DNA of 64,000 nt from Nitrosopumilus sp. (GTDB taxonomy: Archaea; Thermoproteota; Nitrososphaeria; Nitrososphaerales; Nitrosopumilaceae). The notes under the pieces are model-generated. The model was not told where the DNA came from. It saw only the letters and a list, made by a program, of their open reading frames with translations, and did no database searches. Position 1 is the stretch's first letter. Each line of letters begins with the position of its first letter. The translations under genes and the position numbers were made by a program. The stretch covers positions 128,001 through 192,000 of the forward strand of contig OZ244732.1 in NCBI GenBank assembly GCA_965219345.1, written 5' to 3'. Positions 27,161 through 37,189 of this stretch are shown here, piece after piece.

Positions 27161-29827
27161 TCATCCTAAAATCATTGATTTTGCTCTTTCAACTGCCTCG
27201 TCTTTTTTAGATGTGTCTTTTCCTCCTCCTTGGGCAAATTTAGCATCTCCACCACCGGAACCGCCTAGAATTTCCGATATTTCCTTGGAAATTGAGCCTG
27301 CATCTACCCCCGATTGCTTACCTGAAAATACCATTATTCTAACTGTTGGACCAGCTTCAAAGATTCCACAATATGCAGCTTTTGGGTCTTGCACCAGTTT
27401 TTTGCCAAAGTTTTGATGAAAATACTCATCATAATTACTACTAGCTGTAAAGCACAACTTGTTCTTCACCATAATTCCATCAAGATCTCCTGATTCTCCA
27501 GCTAGAACTTTTTCTAATAGAACAGAAATCTTTTCTCTAGCTTTTTGCTTGTTTTCTTCTCTCTGTTTTTCTATAATCTCTTTTTGAGCTGATTCTTCAG
27601 CTAGTTCTGATTGTTTTACCTTTTGTTGTTCAACATATTGATTAGCAGTTGGTCCGGAAACAAATTCTATTCGAACAACTCCATCCTGAATTCGTTTTGT
27701 TCTAGTAATTTTGATTAGTTCAATCTCTTTTGTCTTTTTGACATGAGTTCCGCCACAAGCTTCAACATCAAAGTCTTCGATGGATACAATTCTAACTGAT
27801 TTGACAGGAACTACTCCTCCTTGGTAAATTTTAAATCCATATTTCTGTTCAGCAGTACCTCGGTCATAATTTTCAATGGTCACTGACATGTCTTTTGCAA
27901 CTATTTCGTTTGCAGCTTTTTCAATGTCTGCTACTTGTTGATCAGTTAGTGAAGAATGGTGTGTTATATCTAATCTGGCATGATCAGCTTCTTTGAATGC
28001 AGAGTGTTGCCAAACCCATGAACCCAAAGTTTTACGAGCTGATGAATTTAGAATGTGTGTACTGGTATGGTTTTTAGTAATGTTAGAACGACGAGTCTCA
28101 TCAACTATACATGGAACGGTCTCTCCTTCTTTTGGAATCTCTCCCTCCAGCTTGTGCAAAATTACACCGCCATGTTTGTTCACATCAACAACTTTCGAGC
28201 CCGATATGGTTCCATAATCTGGCTCTTGCCCTCCTCCTCTAGCATAAAATGAAGTCTTATCCAATGCCACCAAATCATCAATTACTCTGAGAACTTTGGC
28301 ATCAAATGACATTGGATCATCGGAATAAAATAACATCGCAGTTTCAGGAAGATCCTCAATGGATGGTTGCTCTGCGGTCTTTTTCTTGTCTGACTGGTGC
28401 AGATCAGAGAGTTTCTCATAAAATGACGAGGGAATTTCAGAGATTGCATCTATCTCTTTGAGATATTCAGGTGTAATTCCATCTGACTCGTATAGTGTGA
28501 TTAGTTCATCAACTGATGGTGTTCCCTTTTCACGAATTTTATCTGCCTTTTTCTTCATGTGTACTTTGGATTCAACATGTCTCTGGGATTCTATCTTTAG
28601 GATAGTTTTGACGTCTTGTCTTTTTCCATCAAGTTCTGGATAGGTATCTTTGAGATAGTCAATATGCATGTCCACCAATCCATCAATGTCTAGCTTGAGA
28701 TTCATTCTATCTATTGTTCCATTAATTCTTCTAATCATCATTCTGAGATTATACCCACCACCAACATTGCTTGGCAGGGCACCATCAGCTATTGCAAAGA
28801 TCAGAGTACGAAGATGATCTGCAATTAGATACATTCCTTCAAGTGGTGTGATAATTTTTCTTACTTGATCATCAGTCAGTCCTGCAGAACCAACGGCATG
28901 TTTCCTTACATCAATCAAATCATCATAAATCTCAAGATTCTTTGCAATTGCTGTAAAGTATTTTCGTAACATCTCAGAATCTGAATCGGTTCCTATCTTC
29001 TCAAATAGATGATTAGTAATTGGGCCAAAACAGCAGTCATATGCAGTAGGAGTTCCTTTTGTAATCCATGCAAGTCTCTCAAGACCTGCTCCCATGTCTA
29101 TGATTTTCTGGTCAAGAATGGTATGCTTGCCTAGCTCACCCTGAAATTCAGTAAATACCGCATTTCCAAGCTCCAGTCCTCTAACAAAATACTCTAGTGA
29201 TGAGCCAAATGAACCGCCGCCGGCCCAGACATCCTCAACAAAGACAACCTCCTCTTTCTTTATTCCAAATTGCTCAGTTAGTAATCTAAAGTCCAAATCA
29301 ACACATTCGTCTTTCCAGTAACCATCATTATTTGGAATGCTGTGTTGTCCTATCATACAAAAGCTAGAAAAGTGTCTGCCAGTTACTCCGACATTTTCTA
29401 AATCCTTGAAACGCAAACAAGTCTGTGGTACTACTAGAGGATTTGCAGGAAACTCAAAGACTACCTTGGAACCCATCACTCTCTGAAAGTCAACAATTGA
29501 TGCTATAGTAAAATACAGATCATCACGCCAACGACACACAACAGGATATCTGCTAACTGAAGTGTGACCATTCTTTACAAAAAATTCTTCGACTTGCTTC
29601 CAAGCTTCTGTATAATCAAATCTCTTGGTTGTTGGAGGTTCTCCAATGAATGAATACGTATCATCTGCATCCTCCGGACACATATCTCGTCCAGAATCTA
29701 GGGTCCAAAAGAATCTGCCACATTTCGAACAAGACTTTCTAACAAAACCTTGTTCTTCGAATAGCTTGACTTTGTAGTATCTGTCAGAATCTGCTGAAAA
29801 TTCCTTTAGAATCTCTTTTTTATCCAA
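27161..29827 (-). CDS. alaS: Alanine--tRNA ligase
   Basis: RWRDDLYFT, VGVTGRH, HTSTH and CGGTH editing motifs, GGGG C-terminus. Confidence 0.97.
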   Translation of the reverse strand: MDKKEILKEFSADSDRYYKVKLFEEQGFVRKSCSKCGRFFWTLDSGRDMCPEDADDTYSFIGEPPTTKRFDYTEAWKQVEEFFVKNGHTSVSRYPVVCRWRDDLYFTIASIVDFQRVMGSKVVFEFPANPLVVPQTCLRFKDLENVGVTGRHFSSFCMIGQHSIPNNDGYWKDECVDLDFRLLTEQFGIKKEEVVFVEDVWAGGGSFGSSLEYFVRGLELGNAVFTEFQGELGKHTILDQKIIDMGAGLERLAWITKGTPTAYDCCFGPITNHLFEKIGTDSDSEMLRKYFTAIAKNLEIYDDLIDVRKHAVGSAGLTDDQVRKIITPLEGMYLIADHLRTLIFAIADGALPSNVGGGYNLRMMIRRINGTIDRMNLKLDIDGLVDMHIDYLKDTYPELDGKRQDVKTILKIESQRHVESKVHMKKKADKIREKGTPSVDELITLYESDGITPEYLKEIDAISEIPSSFYEKLSDLHQSDKKKTAEQPSIEDLPETAMLFYSDDPMSFDAKVLRVIDDLVALDKTSFYARGGGQEPDYGTISGSKVVDVNKHGGVILHKLEGEIPKEGETVPCIVDETRRSNITKNHTSTHILNSSARKTLGSWVWQHSAFKEADHARLDITHHSSLTDQQVADIEKAANEIVAKDMSVTIENYDRGTAEQKYGFKIYQGGVVPVKSVRIVSIEDFDVEACGGTHVKKTKEIELIKITRTKRIQDGVVRIEFVSGPTANQYVEQQKVKQSELAEESAQKEIIEKQREENKQKAREKISVLLEKVLAGESGDLDGIMVKNKLCFTASSNYDEYFHQNFGKKLVQDPKAAYCGIFEAGPTVRIMVFSGKQSGVDAGSISKEISEILGGSGGGDAKFAQGGGKDTSKKDEAVERAKSMILG

Positions 29828-29905
29828 CGTTGAGCATGCTCCAATCCAATATTAAGAATTGTCTGTTAATAATAAATTAAATACACTACATAATTCAGTT
29901 AACTC

Positions 29906-30415
29906 ATGTTTGGAAAAAAGCTTGCTCTGAAAGAAGGGGCTCATGTTTTCTCTGTTAAAAAAAATGGTGATTTTAACGACTTTATCTTTGGTGTAATTAC
30001 GGGTGTAGATGGCAGGCAAGTGGGGGTTAACGGCGTAATTGTCAATCCTGTTGGGCTCAAAAATAAGATAGAACAAGGAAAGACAGGAGACCGCTCCCGA
30101 GAGATACTTGAGAACCCAACCCCCGATAACGTTGTTCTAGCTTTAGTGTATAGAGTGGAATACGAAAATTTTGCTGAAATACTGGATCTTGATAAAGACA
30201 GATGCGATCTTATTCCTCCCCAGGTCTATTCAATGATGGATGGCTGGATTCGAGAATCTCTGTCAGAATTTCTCAATAATGTATTATCACTGCCTCTTGG
30301 TTCAGAGAGAGATGAAGCAAAACGGGTTTTGAAAAACAGAATGGATACTTTGATTGATAAAAACCTGAAAAGAACACTCTATTCCGTTTGTCGAAGTCTC
30401 AAGGTCTTGAACTAG
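29906..30415 (+). CDS. Hypothetical protein, probably core
   Basis: 169-aa ORF with core-like composition, divergent from alaS. Confidence 0.7.
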   Translation: MFGKKLALKEGAHVFSVKKNGDFNDFIFGVITGVDGRQVGVNGVIVNPVGLKNKIEQGKTGDRSREILENPTPDNVVLALVYRVEYENFAEILDLDKDRCDLIPPQVYSMMDGWIRESLSEFLNNVLSLPLGSERDEAKRVLKNRMDTLIDKNLKRTLYSVCRSLKVLN

Positions 30416-30508
30416 ATTTCAAATTTTAGGCATATTTCTAGTTCTGTTTTGTCATCAGTTGTTTTCTACCTGTCCTATGTTTTGTAAATCTCTTAAACAG
30501 GTTCAAAT

Positions 30509-30760
30509 ATGATAGAAGGACTTGAAGAAAGAATGTTTGAACCAAAGTTATTGCCATCATACCTTGATGCAGGCAAAGCGGTGGAAAAAGCTACAGAATT
30601 TCTTGAGGATTATCATAATATGATTGATCTTAAATCTGCTGAATTAATAGGAGGTGTTTGGAAACTTATTTTTGATGTTGGATTTTTGAATGTGCAATTA
30701 AAGGAAGTTTCGGTAGATGCCATTAGTGGTAAAATAAGAGGATATACTGATGCCGATTAA
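30509..30760 (+). CDS. Small hypothetical protein (PepSY-like pattern)
   Basis: KAVEKATEFL...WKLIF...VSVDAISGKI. Confidence 0.5.
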   Translation: MIEGLEERMFEPKLLPSYLDAGKAVEKATEFLEDYHNMIDLKSAELIGGVWKLIFDVGFLNVQLKEVSVDAISGKIRGYTDAD

Positions 30761-31181
30761 AATAGAAATACCAGAATTAAAAGAAAAACCAAAGGAAGGA
30801 ACCGAAGAGCAAAAAGAGGCAGTAGAAAGATACGCAAAGCTGGCGTTGTATTACAGTAATAACGCCTCACTTTTTCTTAAACAAAAAGAATTTCAAAAAG
30901 CAGGTGAAATGATGTGGGGTGCTATGGCTTCAATTTTAAAGGCTGTGGCAGCAAAAAAGGGGAAAAAAGTAGAAGGACATTCACAACTTTTTACTCTAGC
31001 TGCAAAATTAACAAAAAATTTAGATGACAAACAAATCTATACGGCATTTTTAGAAGCAAGTCACCTACACAAAAATTTCTATGAATCTGACATTACAGAG
31101 AAAGAACTGCGATTACAGATAAAATCGATTGCTAAAACAATTGGTAAATTAGTAGAACATTTAGGGTATAGAGCCCGCTAA
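30750..31181 (+). CDS. PaREP1-family HEPN-like protein
   Basis: QKAGEMMWGA...AVAAK...GHSQL...ASHLHKNFYE. Confidence 0.75.
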   Translation: MPIKIEIPELKEKPKEGTEEQKEAVERYAKLALYYSNNASLFLKQKEFQKAGEMMWGAMASILKAVAAKKGKKVEGHSQLFTLAAKLTKNLDDKQIYTAFLEASHLHKNFYESDITEKELRLQIKSIAKTIGKLVEHLGYRAR

Positions 31182-31216
31182 GATTTTTAATTAATTTTGT
31201 TTTTTTGAAAAAATTA

Positions 31217-31363
31217 TTAACATGCTGTAAATGGATCAAATATTATATGTCCTCTTACTCCGCATTTAGAACACTCCTCTTTTTTTAATCCTTCCTCTTT
31301 CAACATACCTTTTGGTATGCCATAACACTCTGAATGTCCACAATTCTCACATTTGCCAGCCAC
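31217..31363 (-). CDS. 48-aa Zn-ribbon micro-protein (not in track)
   Basis: GTG start; AGKCENCGH...CSKCG. Confidence 0.5.
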   Translation of the reverse strand: MAGKCENCGHSECYGIPKGMLKEEGLKKEECSKCGVRGHIIFDPFTAC

Positions 31364-31534
31364 ATTATATGACAATGAGTTGTGTCAAAGGAAAAATTAT
31401 TTAATTGTTCTTACCATGTTGTGTATCTTCTCATTGAATCATCCATCATACTAACCAATCAACAACTAATCAAGCACATTTCACGCCTAATTTCTCCATA
31501 GTTTTATATTATGCCCTAAGAAAATCTCGATGCA

Positions 31535-31858
31535 ATGGAATATGTTTACGCCGCTTTACTTCTTCACAAGCTAAAACAAGAAGTCAATGAGACAAACATC
31601 AGCTCAGTTGTAAAGGCATCTGGTACTGATGTCAACGAAGCCCAAGTTAAGGCACTAGTTGCAGCATTAGCCGATGTAAATATCGATGATGCAGTCAAAG
31701 CCGCACCTGTAGCAGTTGCAGCAGCAACAGCAGCAGCAGCCACCGCCGCACCAGCAGCAGATGCAGCCGGTAATGAGGCAAAGAAAGAGAAAGCACCAAA
31801 AGCCGATGGCAAGACCGAAGAAGCAGCCATGGAAGGATTGTCTTCTCTGTTTGGCTAG
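31535..31858 (+). CDS. rpl12: 50S ribosomal protein P1/L12
   Basis: MEYVYAALLLH...EGLSSLFG. Confidence 0.97.
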   Translation: MEYVYAALLLHKLKQEVNETNISSVVKASGTDVNEAQVKALVAALADVNIDDAVKAAPVAVAAATAAAATAAPAADAAGNEAKKEKAPKADGKTEEAAMEGLSSLFG

Positions 31859-31893
31859 ATAACTTTCAATTTTAGTTCTTTATTTTCATTAAT

Positions 31894-32697
31894 TTGATTA
31901 AAAAAATGAAAACCATCTACTATGGAATAATTATAGCAATTGCATTTTCTGTGCTTCTTACTAATGCTTTTTTTGGCCATTTGATCTTTACATCTGAAAC
32001 TCAACAGATAATCCACAAGTATTCCGTGTATGTGCACTTACTGTCTGAATGGGATAGCGATTCAAAGAACATAATCTTTGATGTAACAAACTCCTGGTAC
32101 AATTCAGAAAAAGGTAACAATGCAAATCATGTGTTTAATGCAGAATCAAAGGAATACAACACAAACCAACTGCAAACAACTAATGACAAGTCCTATGTTG
32201 AACTAAAGCATGATTTTAGTGACTGCCGGGAAGGACTGCAACCTATGCTTTACAAAAAAGCCGTAGATTTAGTGCGCCATGAGATTGAATATGTACAGGG
32301 AAAGCAATTAAGCACAAATCCTGACATCTCTATTTATCCAGATATTGAAAATACAAACTATGACAATTCAGAACAACAGTTAAAAATTAAAAATGGGTAT
32401 ATGCAATTTTTTCCAATATGTACATCTAAGGAATTTACATCATATGATTACAGCATAAGAATGGATAACAAAGATTTGGGCTTTGATGTGTATTTTGTTT
32501 CATCTTCAATACAGCATGGAGAATTTTCTAATTCTGACTTTGATTATTATCAGGAACCAGGTTGTTTTGGTCAAAACAAACAAAGCTATAGCGGAACTTG
32601 CAATAATCTACAAAAGGACAGTGGGTTACTGGTGATATTTCCTGATGAATTCAAGCCTTGGACTACAAAAGTTACAGTAAATCTATATGAAAAATAG
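31894..32697 (+). CDS. Membrane-anchored/secreted hypothetical protein
   Basis: N-terminal hydrophobic helix. Confidence 0.65.
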   Translation: MIKKMKTIYYGIIIAIAFSVLLTNAFFGHLIFTSETQQIIHKYSVYVHLLSEWDSDSKNIIFDVTNSWYNSEKGNNANHVFNAESKEYNTNQLQTTNDKSYVELKHDFSDCREGLQPMLYKKAVDLVRHEIEYVQGKQLSTNPDISIYPDIENTNYDNSEQQLKIKNGYMQFFPICTSKEFTSYDYSIRMDNKDLGFDVYFVSSSIQHGEFSNSDFDYYQEPGCFGQNKQSYSGTCNNLQKDSGLLVIFPDEFKPWTTKVTVNLYEK

Positions 32698-32835
32698 TCT
32701 AGAACCAAAATACTTGAATTAATTTTCTGACAAATTACCAAAAAGGAATCTCAAAAATTAATGAATTTCCACACTTGATATATCAAAAATTGCCGTATGC
32801 ATACTAAGCCAAGAAGAGTCTAAGATGGTTCTGCA

Positions 32836-33029
32836 ATGGATAGAAGAATGTAGTTCCTTTGTCATGTCCAACCTGTACCAGTGTACTGTCTCTGGCAGGG
32901 TTTGTGATACCATCAAAAGATCAAAAGTCTCAATATTGGCATATGTGCAAACGTTGTGGCTTTGAGCGAAGTGCAGATGACTTCAAAAGATTTGCCCACT
33001 GTTTAATCAAGATTAAATCTGAATCATAG
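32836..33029 (+). pseudogene. Degenerate small Zn-ribbon gene
   Basis: Frame reads VVPLSCPTC...WHMCKRCGFERS but the nearby ATG is out of frame. Confidence 0.35.
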
Positions 33030-33065
33030 AATTCTTAATTAGCAATAGAGTTGTCTTTGTATTGA

Positions 33066-33698
33066 TTGGTTGATTTCTCTTTTCCAATAGATGGTTTCAT
33101 TAGCATTCTTGATTATTTGGGCACTGCATCTTTTGCCATTACTGGAGCATCAAAAGCTATTGAACACAAGGCTGATATTTTTGGAATAATTGTTTTGGCA
33201 ACTGTAGTTGGGATGGCAGGCGGAATTACTAGGGATGTAATATTTGGCAGATTTCCTACAGCCCTTTCAGATCCCATCTATATTGGCATAACTGTGACTA
33301 TTGGAATTGTCATGTTCTTCCTTTACTTATATTTCAAAAAGCGAATGAATGTCTGGTTAGTTTTTGACGCAATAGGATTGGGAGTTTTTTCAATTATAGG
33401 TGCTTCAATTGCATATCAAATGGTCGGATTGGACTTTCTTCCAATTATGTTTGCAGGAGTAATTACCGCAATTGGTGGCGGAATTCTCAGAGATGTTTTT
33501 GTCAGAGAGATTCCAATAGTCTTTGTCAAAGAAGTCTATGCCGTTGCAAGCATAATTGGTATTGTAATTTTTTACGCCATTCTTTCCCATGGCGGAGAGA
33601 TGCAAGTTGCGTCGATAATTGGAATTATTGCAGCAACTGGAATAAGGCTACTTGCAATGAAGTTTAATTGGAATCTTCCTAAAGTTCGTGAAACCTAA
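33066..33698 (+). CDS. Trimeric intracellular cation channel family (UPF0126)
   Basis: Duplicated GGITRD / GGGILRD motifs. Confidence 0.9.
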   Translation: MVDFSFPIDGFISILDYLGTASFAITGASKAIEHKADIFGIIVLATVVGMAGGITRDVIFGRFPTALSDPIYIGITVTIGIVMFFLYLYFKKRMNVWLVFDAIGLGVFSIIGASIAYQMVGLDFLPIMFAGVITAIGGGILRDVFVREIPIVFVKEVYAVASIIGIVIFYAILSHGGEMQVASIIGIIAATGIRLLAMKFNWNLPKVRET

Positions 33699-34561
33699 GC
33701 TGGAGTGTAATCTTTTGCTTGTCCAGCAAGTGCTTTTGCTTGGGCATCTGCTTTCTGTAAAATCTGCTCCTTTGTTTCATCAGTCATAAAGCCTGATTCG
33801 ATAGATACAGAACGTGCTGATTGTGCTGCTTGACTGAGGATTTGTGAAATGTTCTCTGGTGTGACATATGCTGCCGCTATAGATAATGAAACTGCTTCTT
33901 GGTGTGCTTGTGCAAATTCTCCCCGAATCTTCTCAACATCAATTATCATCTCTTCTTCAGCATACTTGAGGCCATCTTCTAGTGCTACATAGAGTGAAAT
34001 TCCTGCTTCTACTGGCTTGATATCTAATTTTCCAAGAATTGCTGCTAGTTTCTCATTGATAACTTCGCCTTTTAGTACAGGAGTAGAATCCCTTGCAATC
34101 CAAATTGTTCCTTGGTCAATCTTAGTTGGAATTCCCGCTTCTTTGAATTCTGTAAGCATTGGTCCTGGTGCAATTCCTGTATTTTTTGCAGGTACTACAA
34201 TATCGATACTTGCTATATCTCCCCCTCTGGCAATCATCATGATCTTGTTTTTGGCAAGAAGAACATTTAGCTTGAATGGTGACATATTGGTAAACATGAA
34301 CATACATTGCCCTGTAAGGTCTCCAACTATCTCTTTAATTCCTGGCACATCCAGCTGTTCTAGTGCTTTCCGTGCAATCTTATCTTTGATACTTACAAAT
34401 TCTACGTCATCTTTGAGAATTTTTCTTAAAGGCAATATCTGTGTAGAACGTACTTTGTGCGTTTTGATTAGAGCCAGAACTTTGTATTTTTTTGGCAGTT
34501 CTTGTAACTGCCGATACATTTGAGTTTTTTTCTTAGGATAAGATGTTCTATTTTCATGCAT
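33695..34561 (-). CDS. rpl10: 50S ribosomal protein L10/P0
   Basis: VPAKNTGIAPGP, KLDIKP. Confidence 0.95.
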   Translation of the reverse strand: MHENRTSYPKKKTQMYRQLQELPKKYKVLALIKTHKVRSTQILPLRKILKDDVEFVSIKDKIARKALEQLDVPGIKEIVGDLTGQCMFMFTNMSPFKLNVLLAKNKIMMIARGGDIASIDIVVPAKNTGIAPGPMLTEFKEAGIPTKIDQGTIWIARDSTPVLKGEVINEKLAAILGKLDIKPVEAGISLYVALEDGLKYAEEEMIIDVEKIRGEFAQAHQEAVSLSIAAAYVTPENISQILSQAAQSARSVSIESGFMTDETKEQILQKADAQAKALAGQAKDYTPA

Positions 34562-35225
34562 GTTTCTTCTTAACCTCTTGTACTTGTTTTACTGGTTTTC
34601 CCATTGTAGTTTTTACCATTACTCGTTTGATATTTCTCTCCCCGTTTGGCAATTTCTTTTCAATTGCAACAAGAACGGCATGTGCATTAATTGCCAAATC
34701 TGCATCTTCCATGGATTCATCCCCAATTTTACATGATATGGATAAAGATGCCCTTGTTCTAACTTTGATTGATGTTCTAAATCTCTGTAAAAATGATTCA
34801 ATAGGTGCATCAAATGGAACTGGTGTTGGCATTTTTCCTCTAGGACCTAAAAGCTGACCCAGAGTTTTTCCCACAGTTGGCATGACTTTGGTGTCTGCCA
34901 AAAAGAAATCATACTTGTTAATGAATTTCCGAGATTCTCTTTTGTTAGCTGCAAATTTATCTAATTCACCTGTCCCAATTACAATATCGGCATTTGCCTG
35001 TTTTGCTTTCAGACTCATATCTCCTGTAGCTATAACACAAACAGTTGCCGGAGAACTTGTCTTTGGTAGCTGAACCACTTCATTGAGGGCAAACCCTTTC
35101 TTGACATCAATATCCTTGAAATTTACGATTAACTCTATGGCTTGAGTAAACTTCTTCGGTTTAGTCGCAGTCTTGGCTTCCTTAATCACTTCAACTAACT
35201 GTGTCTCATTAATCATTACGAACAT
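34554..35225 (-). CDS. rpl1: 50S ribosomal protein L1
   Basis: LGPRGKMP, KTTMGKP; true start may be 35216. Confidence 0.96.
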   Translation of the reverse strand: MFVMINETQLVEVIKEAKTATKPKKFTQAIELIVNFKDIDVKKGFALNEVVQLPKTSSPATVCVIATGDMSLKAKQANADIVIGTGELDKFAANKRESRKFINKYDFFLADTKVMPTVGKTLGQLLGPRGKMPTPVPFDAPIESFLQRFRTSIKVRTRASLSISCKIGDESMEDADLAINAHAVLVAIEKKLPNGERNIKRVMVKTTMGKPVKQVQEVKKKHA

Positions 35226-35382
35226 TTTCGAGAAAGCCTACTTAAAATCGTTTATAGATTGAGATTTCTGATTTTCCTTTATTTTAAAAAATTACACTTT
35301 TTATACAAAATAATTGCAATTCCGAGAGAAATTTATCTCAAAACCTACATATATTAAATCACAATCACAGTTTTCTAATACG

Positions 35383-35838
35383 TTGCAGCAATTTGACGAT
35401 CTTGATATGAACTTGCTTTTTGAGCTAATCAGAGATGCTTCCATCTCTGTTCCTAATTTGTCAAAAAAACTAGGGATCAATGCTTCCGTGCTGTATAGCA
35501 GAATCAAGAGATTGCAGAAGAAGAAACTGATCAAAAAGTTTACCGTTGAAATTGATGAATCACTCTTAGGCATAGGTGTAAAAGCTACTGTTGGAATCAA
35601 TCGAGATCCTAAATTTAAGGACGCAATTCACCAAAAATTCATGGATACCACAGAAGTTGTCTCAATCTCAGAAATTACTGGCAGATTTGATATAATGATT
35701 AAAGTTTATGCCCAGAGTCTTGAAGCCCTTCATACTGTGGTTATTGAAAAAATTGGAAAAATAGATGGCATTCAAAATACTGAAACCTTTGTTGAATTAC
35801 AAAGAACCAATAAAGATCCTGTTTATCTAATTCAATAA
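35383..35838 (+). CDS. Lrp/AsnC family regulator
   Basis: DDLDMNLL...SRIKRL...EITGRFDIM. Confidence 0.9.
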   Translation: MQQFDDLDMNLLFELIRDASISVPNLSKKLGINASVLYSRIKRLQKKKLIKKFTVEIDESLLGIGVKATVGINRDPKFKDAIHQKFMDTTEVVSISEITGRFDIMIKVYAQSLEALHTVVIEKIGKIDGIQNTETFVELQRTNKDPVYLIQ

Positions 35839-36318
35839 TTATTGGAATTTTTCATCCCATTTGCCTTCGTTAATTTCGGCAGTAATTTCTTTTGGAGTCT
35901 TTCCTTCTATTTTTACTCCTAATGCTACACATGTACCAATTATGGTTTTTGCAACAGATTTCAATGAAGAAGCATAAGATTTCTCTAGTTTTGTATTTGC
36001 TACTTTGACAATTCCATCCATTGTAACATCTCCTGCCCATTCAGTACCTGATGCTCCTGAACCTTTCTGAATTCCTGCTTCTTTCATGATTAGTGCTGCA
36101 GCTGAAGGAATACCAATTTCAATTTCATACTTTTTTGTATCGCTATCAACAGAAACAGTTACTGGAACTTTCATTCCCTCAAAGTCTTTTGTCTTATCAT
36201 TGATTGATTGGATAACTTCCATAATGTTAACTCCTAGAGGTCCTAATGCTGGACCTAATGGCGGACCTGCAGATGCTGCTCCTCCGGTTACAAGTGCTGA
36301 TACTTTTTGTTCTCCCAT
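35839..36318 (-). CDS. rpl11: 50S ribosomal protein L11
   Basis: GPPLGPALGPLG. Confidence 0.97.
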   Translation of the reverse strand: MGEQKVSALVTGGAASAGPPLGPALGPLGVNIMEVIQSINDKTKDFEGMKVPVTVSVDSDTKKYEIEIGIPSAAALIMKEAGIQKGSGASGTEWAGDVTMDGIVKVANTKLEKSYASSLKSVAKTIIGTCVALGVKIEGKTPKEITAEINEGKWDEKFQ

Positions 36319-36353
36319 TCCTCATTCACTCTATACGAAAAATTTAATCCTTC

Positions 36354-36974
36354 CTAAACCCCACTCGATAGTTTCAGGTAGTTTGCGTCTACTGTTACTG
36401 GTAACTGATATGATGCATCCAACAAAACTACTGTTGCTTCTTCTTTATCCGCATCTATTCTAGTAACTGTTGCCTTCATTCCTTTGAATGGACCTCCTGT
36501 GATTTCTACTACATTATCTATTGCTAATTGTGAAACTGTTGATTTTTTGACAAGGTATCCCTCAATATCTTTGAATTCTAATTCCCCTCTTAATTGACCG
36601 CGAATGTGTCTAATTCCTTCAACTGCCATGTAAGCATCACTTGGATTGATTGCTTCAATTACAACGTAGCCTTTTAGATTGTCAACTAGCAAAACTGATT
36701 GAATGTTAATTTTATCTGCATTTGCTTTAGCTTCTAATAACCTCATTACCACTTTTTCTTGTCCACCAGTGGTCCTAATTGCAAACAAATGTGATTTTAT
36801 TTCCTCGGTTGATTTTACTTCCTCTGACAATTTTACTTCCTCGGTTGATTTTACTTCCTCTGACAATTTTATTTCCTCGGTTGATTTTACTTCCTCTGAC
36901 AATTTTATTTCCTCGGTTGATTTTACTTCCTCTGACAATTTTATTTCCTCGGTTGATTTTACTTCCTCTGACAA
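36354..36974 (-). CDS. spt5: Transcription elongation factor Spt5 (NusG) with N-terminal repeat expansion
   Basis: FAIRTTGGQE NGN domain, KOW motif VEITGGPFKG. Confidence 0.95.
   Translation of the reverse strand: MSEEVKSTEEIKLSEEVKSTEEIKLSEEVKSTEEIKLSEEVKSTEEVKLSEEVKSTEEIKSHLFAIRTTGGQEKVVMRLLEAKANADKINIQSVLLVDNLKGYVVIEAINPSDAYMAVEGIRHIRGQLRGELEFKDIEGYLVKKSTVSQLAIDNVVEITGGPFKGMKATVTRIDADKEEATVVLLDASYQLPVTVDANYLKLSSGV
36795..36974 (-). repeat. Five 36-bp tandem repeats encoding LSEEVKSTEE[I/V]K
   Basis: Directly visible, near-perfect copies. Confidence 0.95.
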
Positions 36975-36976
36975 TT

Positions 36977-37150
36977 TTATCTACCAAATGTAATTACCGA
37001 AAAGACAAACTGAATGATAAATCCAATTGAACCAACTCCAGCTATTCCAAACAATACCAATCTGAGATGTTGTTGATACTCATCAGCATCTGGTTTTTTG
37101 GCCATTTTCATGGTATTGGCCATGTTTCTCAAAGTCTGCTTCGGATTCAT
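36977..37150 (-). CDS. secE: Protein translocase SecE/Sec61-gamma (57 aa, not in track)
   Basis: MAKKPDADEY...GIAGVGSIGFII; canonical position before spt5. Confidence 0.9.
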   Translation of the reverse strand: MNPKQTLRNMANTMKMAKKPDADEYQQHLRLVLFGIAGVGSIGFIIQFVFSVITFGR

Positions 37151-37189
37151 TGCTGGAAATTAATAAGGTGTCCTTATATTCCTTATCTC

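Noticed and set aside
35383-35838. Lrp regulator lying antisense between rpl11 and rpl1 as a novelty
   Set aside because: Core-like composition and no mobility signs; I recall this as the usual thaumarchaeal arrangement.
36795-36974. 36-bp repeats as a CRISPR array
   Set aside because: Copies are contiguous with no spacers and are in frame within spt5; no cas genes nearby.
37067-37189. N-terminal extension of the deacylase ORF in the track
   Set aside because: Overlaps secE on the opposite strand; the ATG at 37190 fits the family start.
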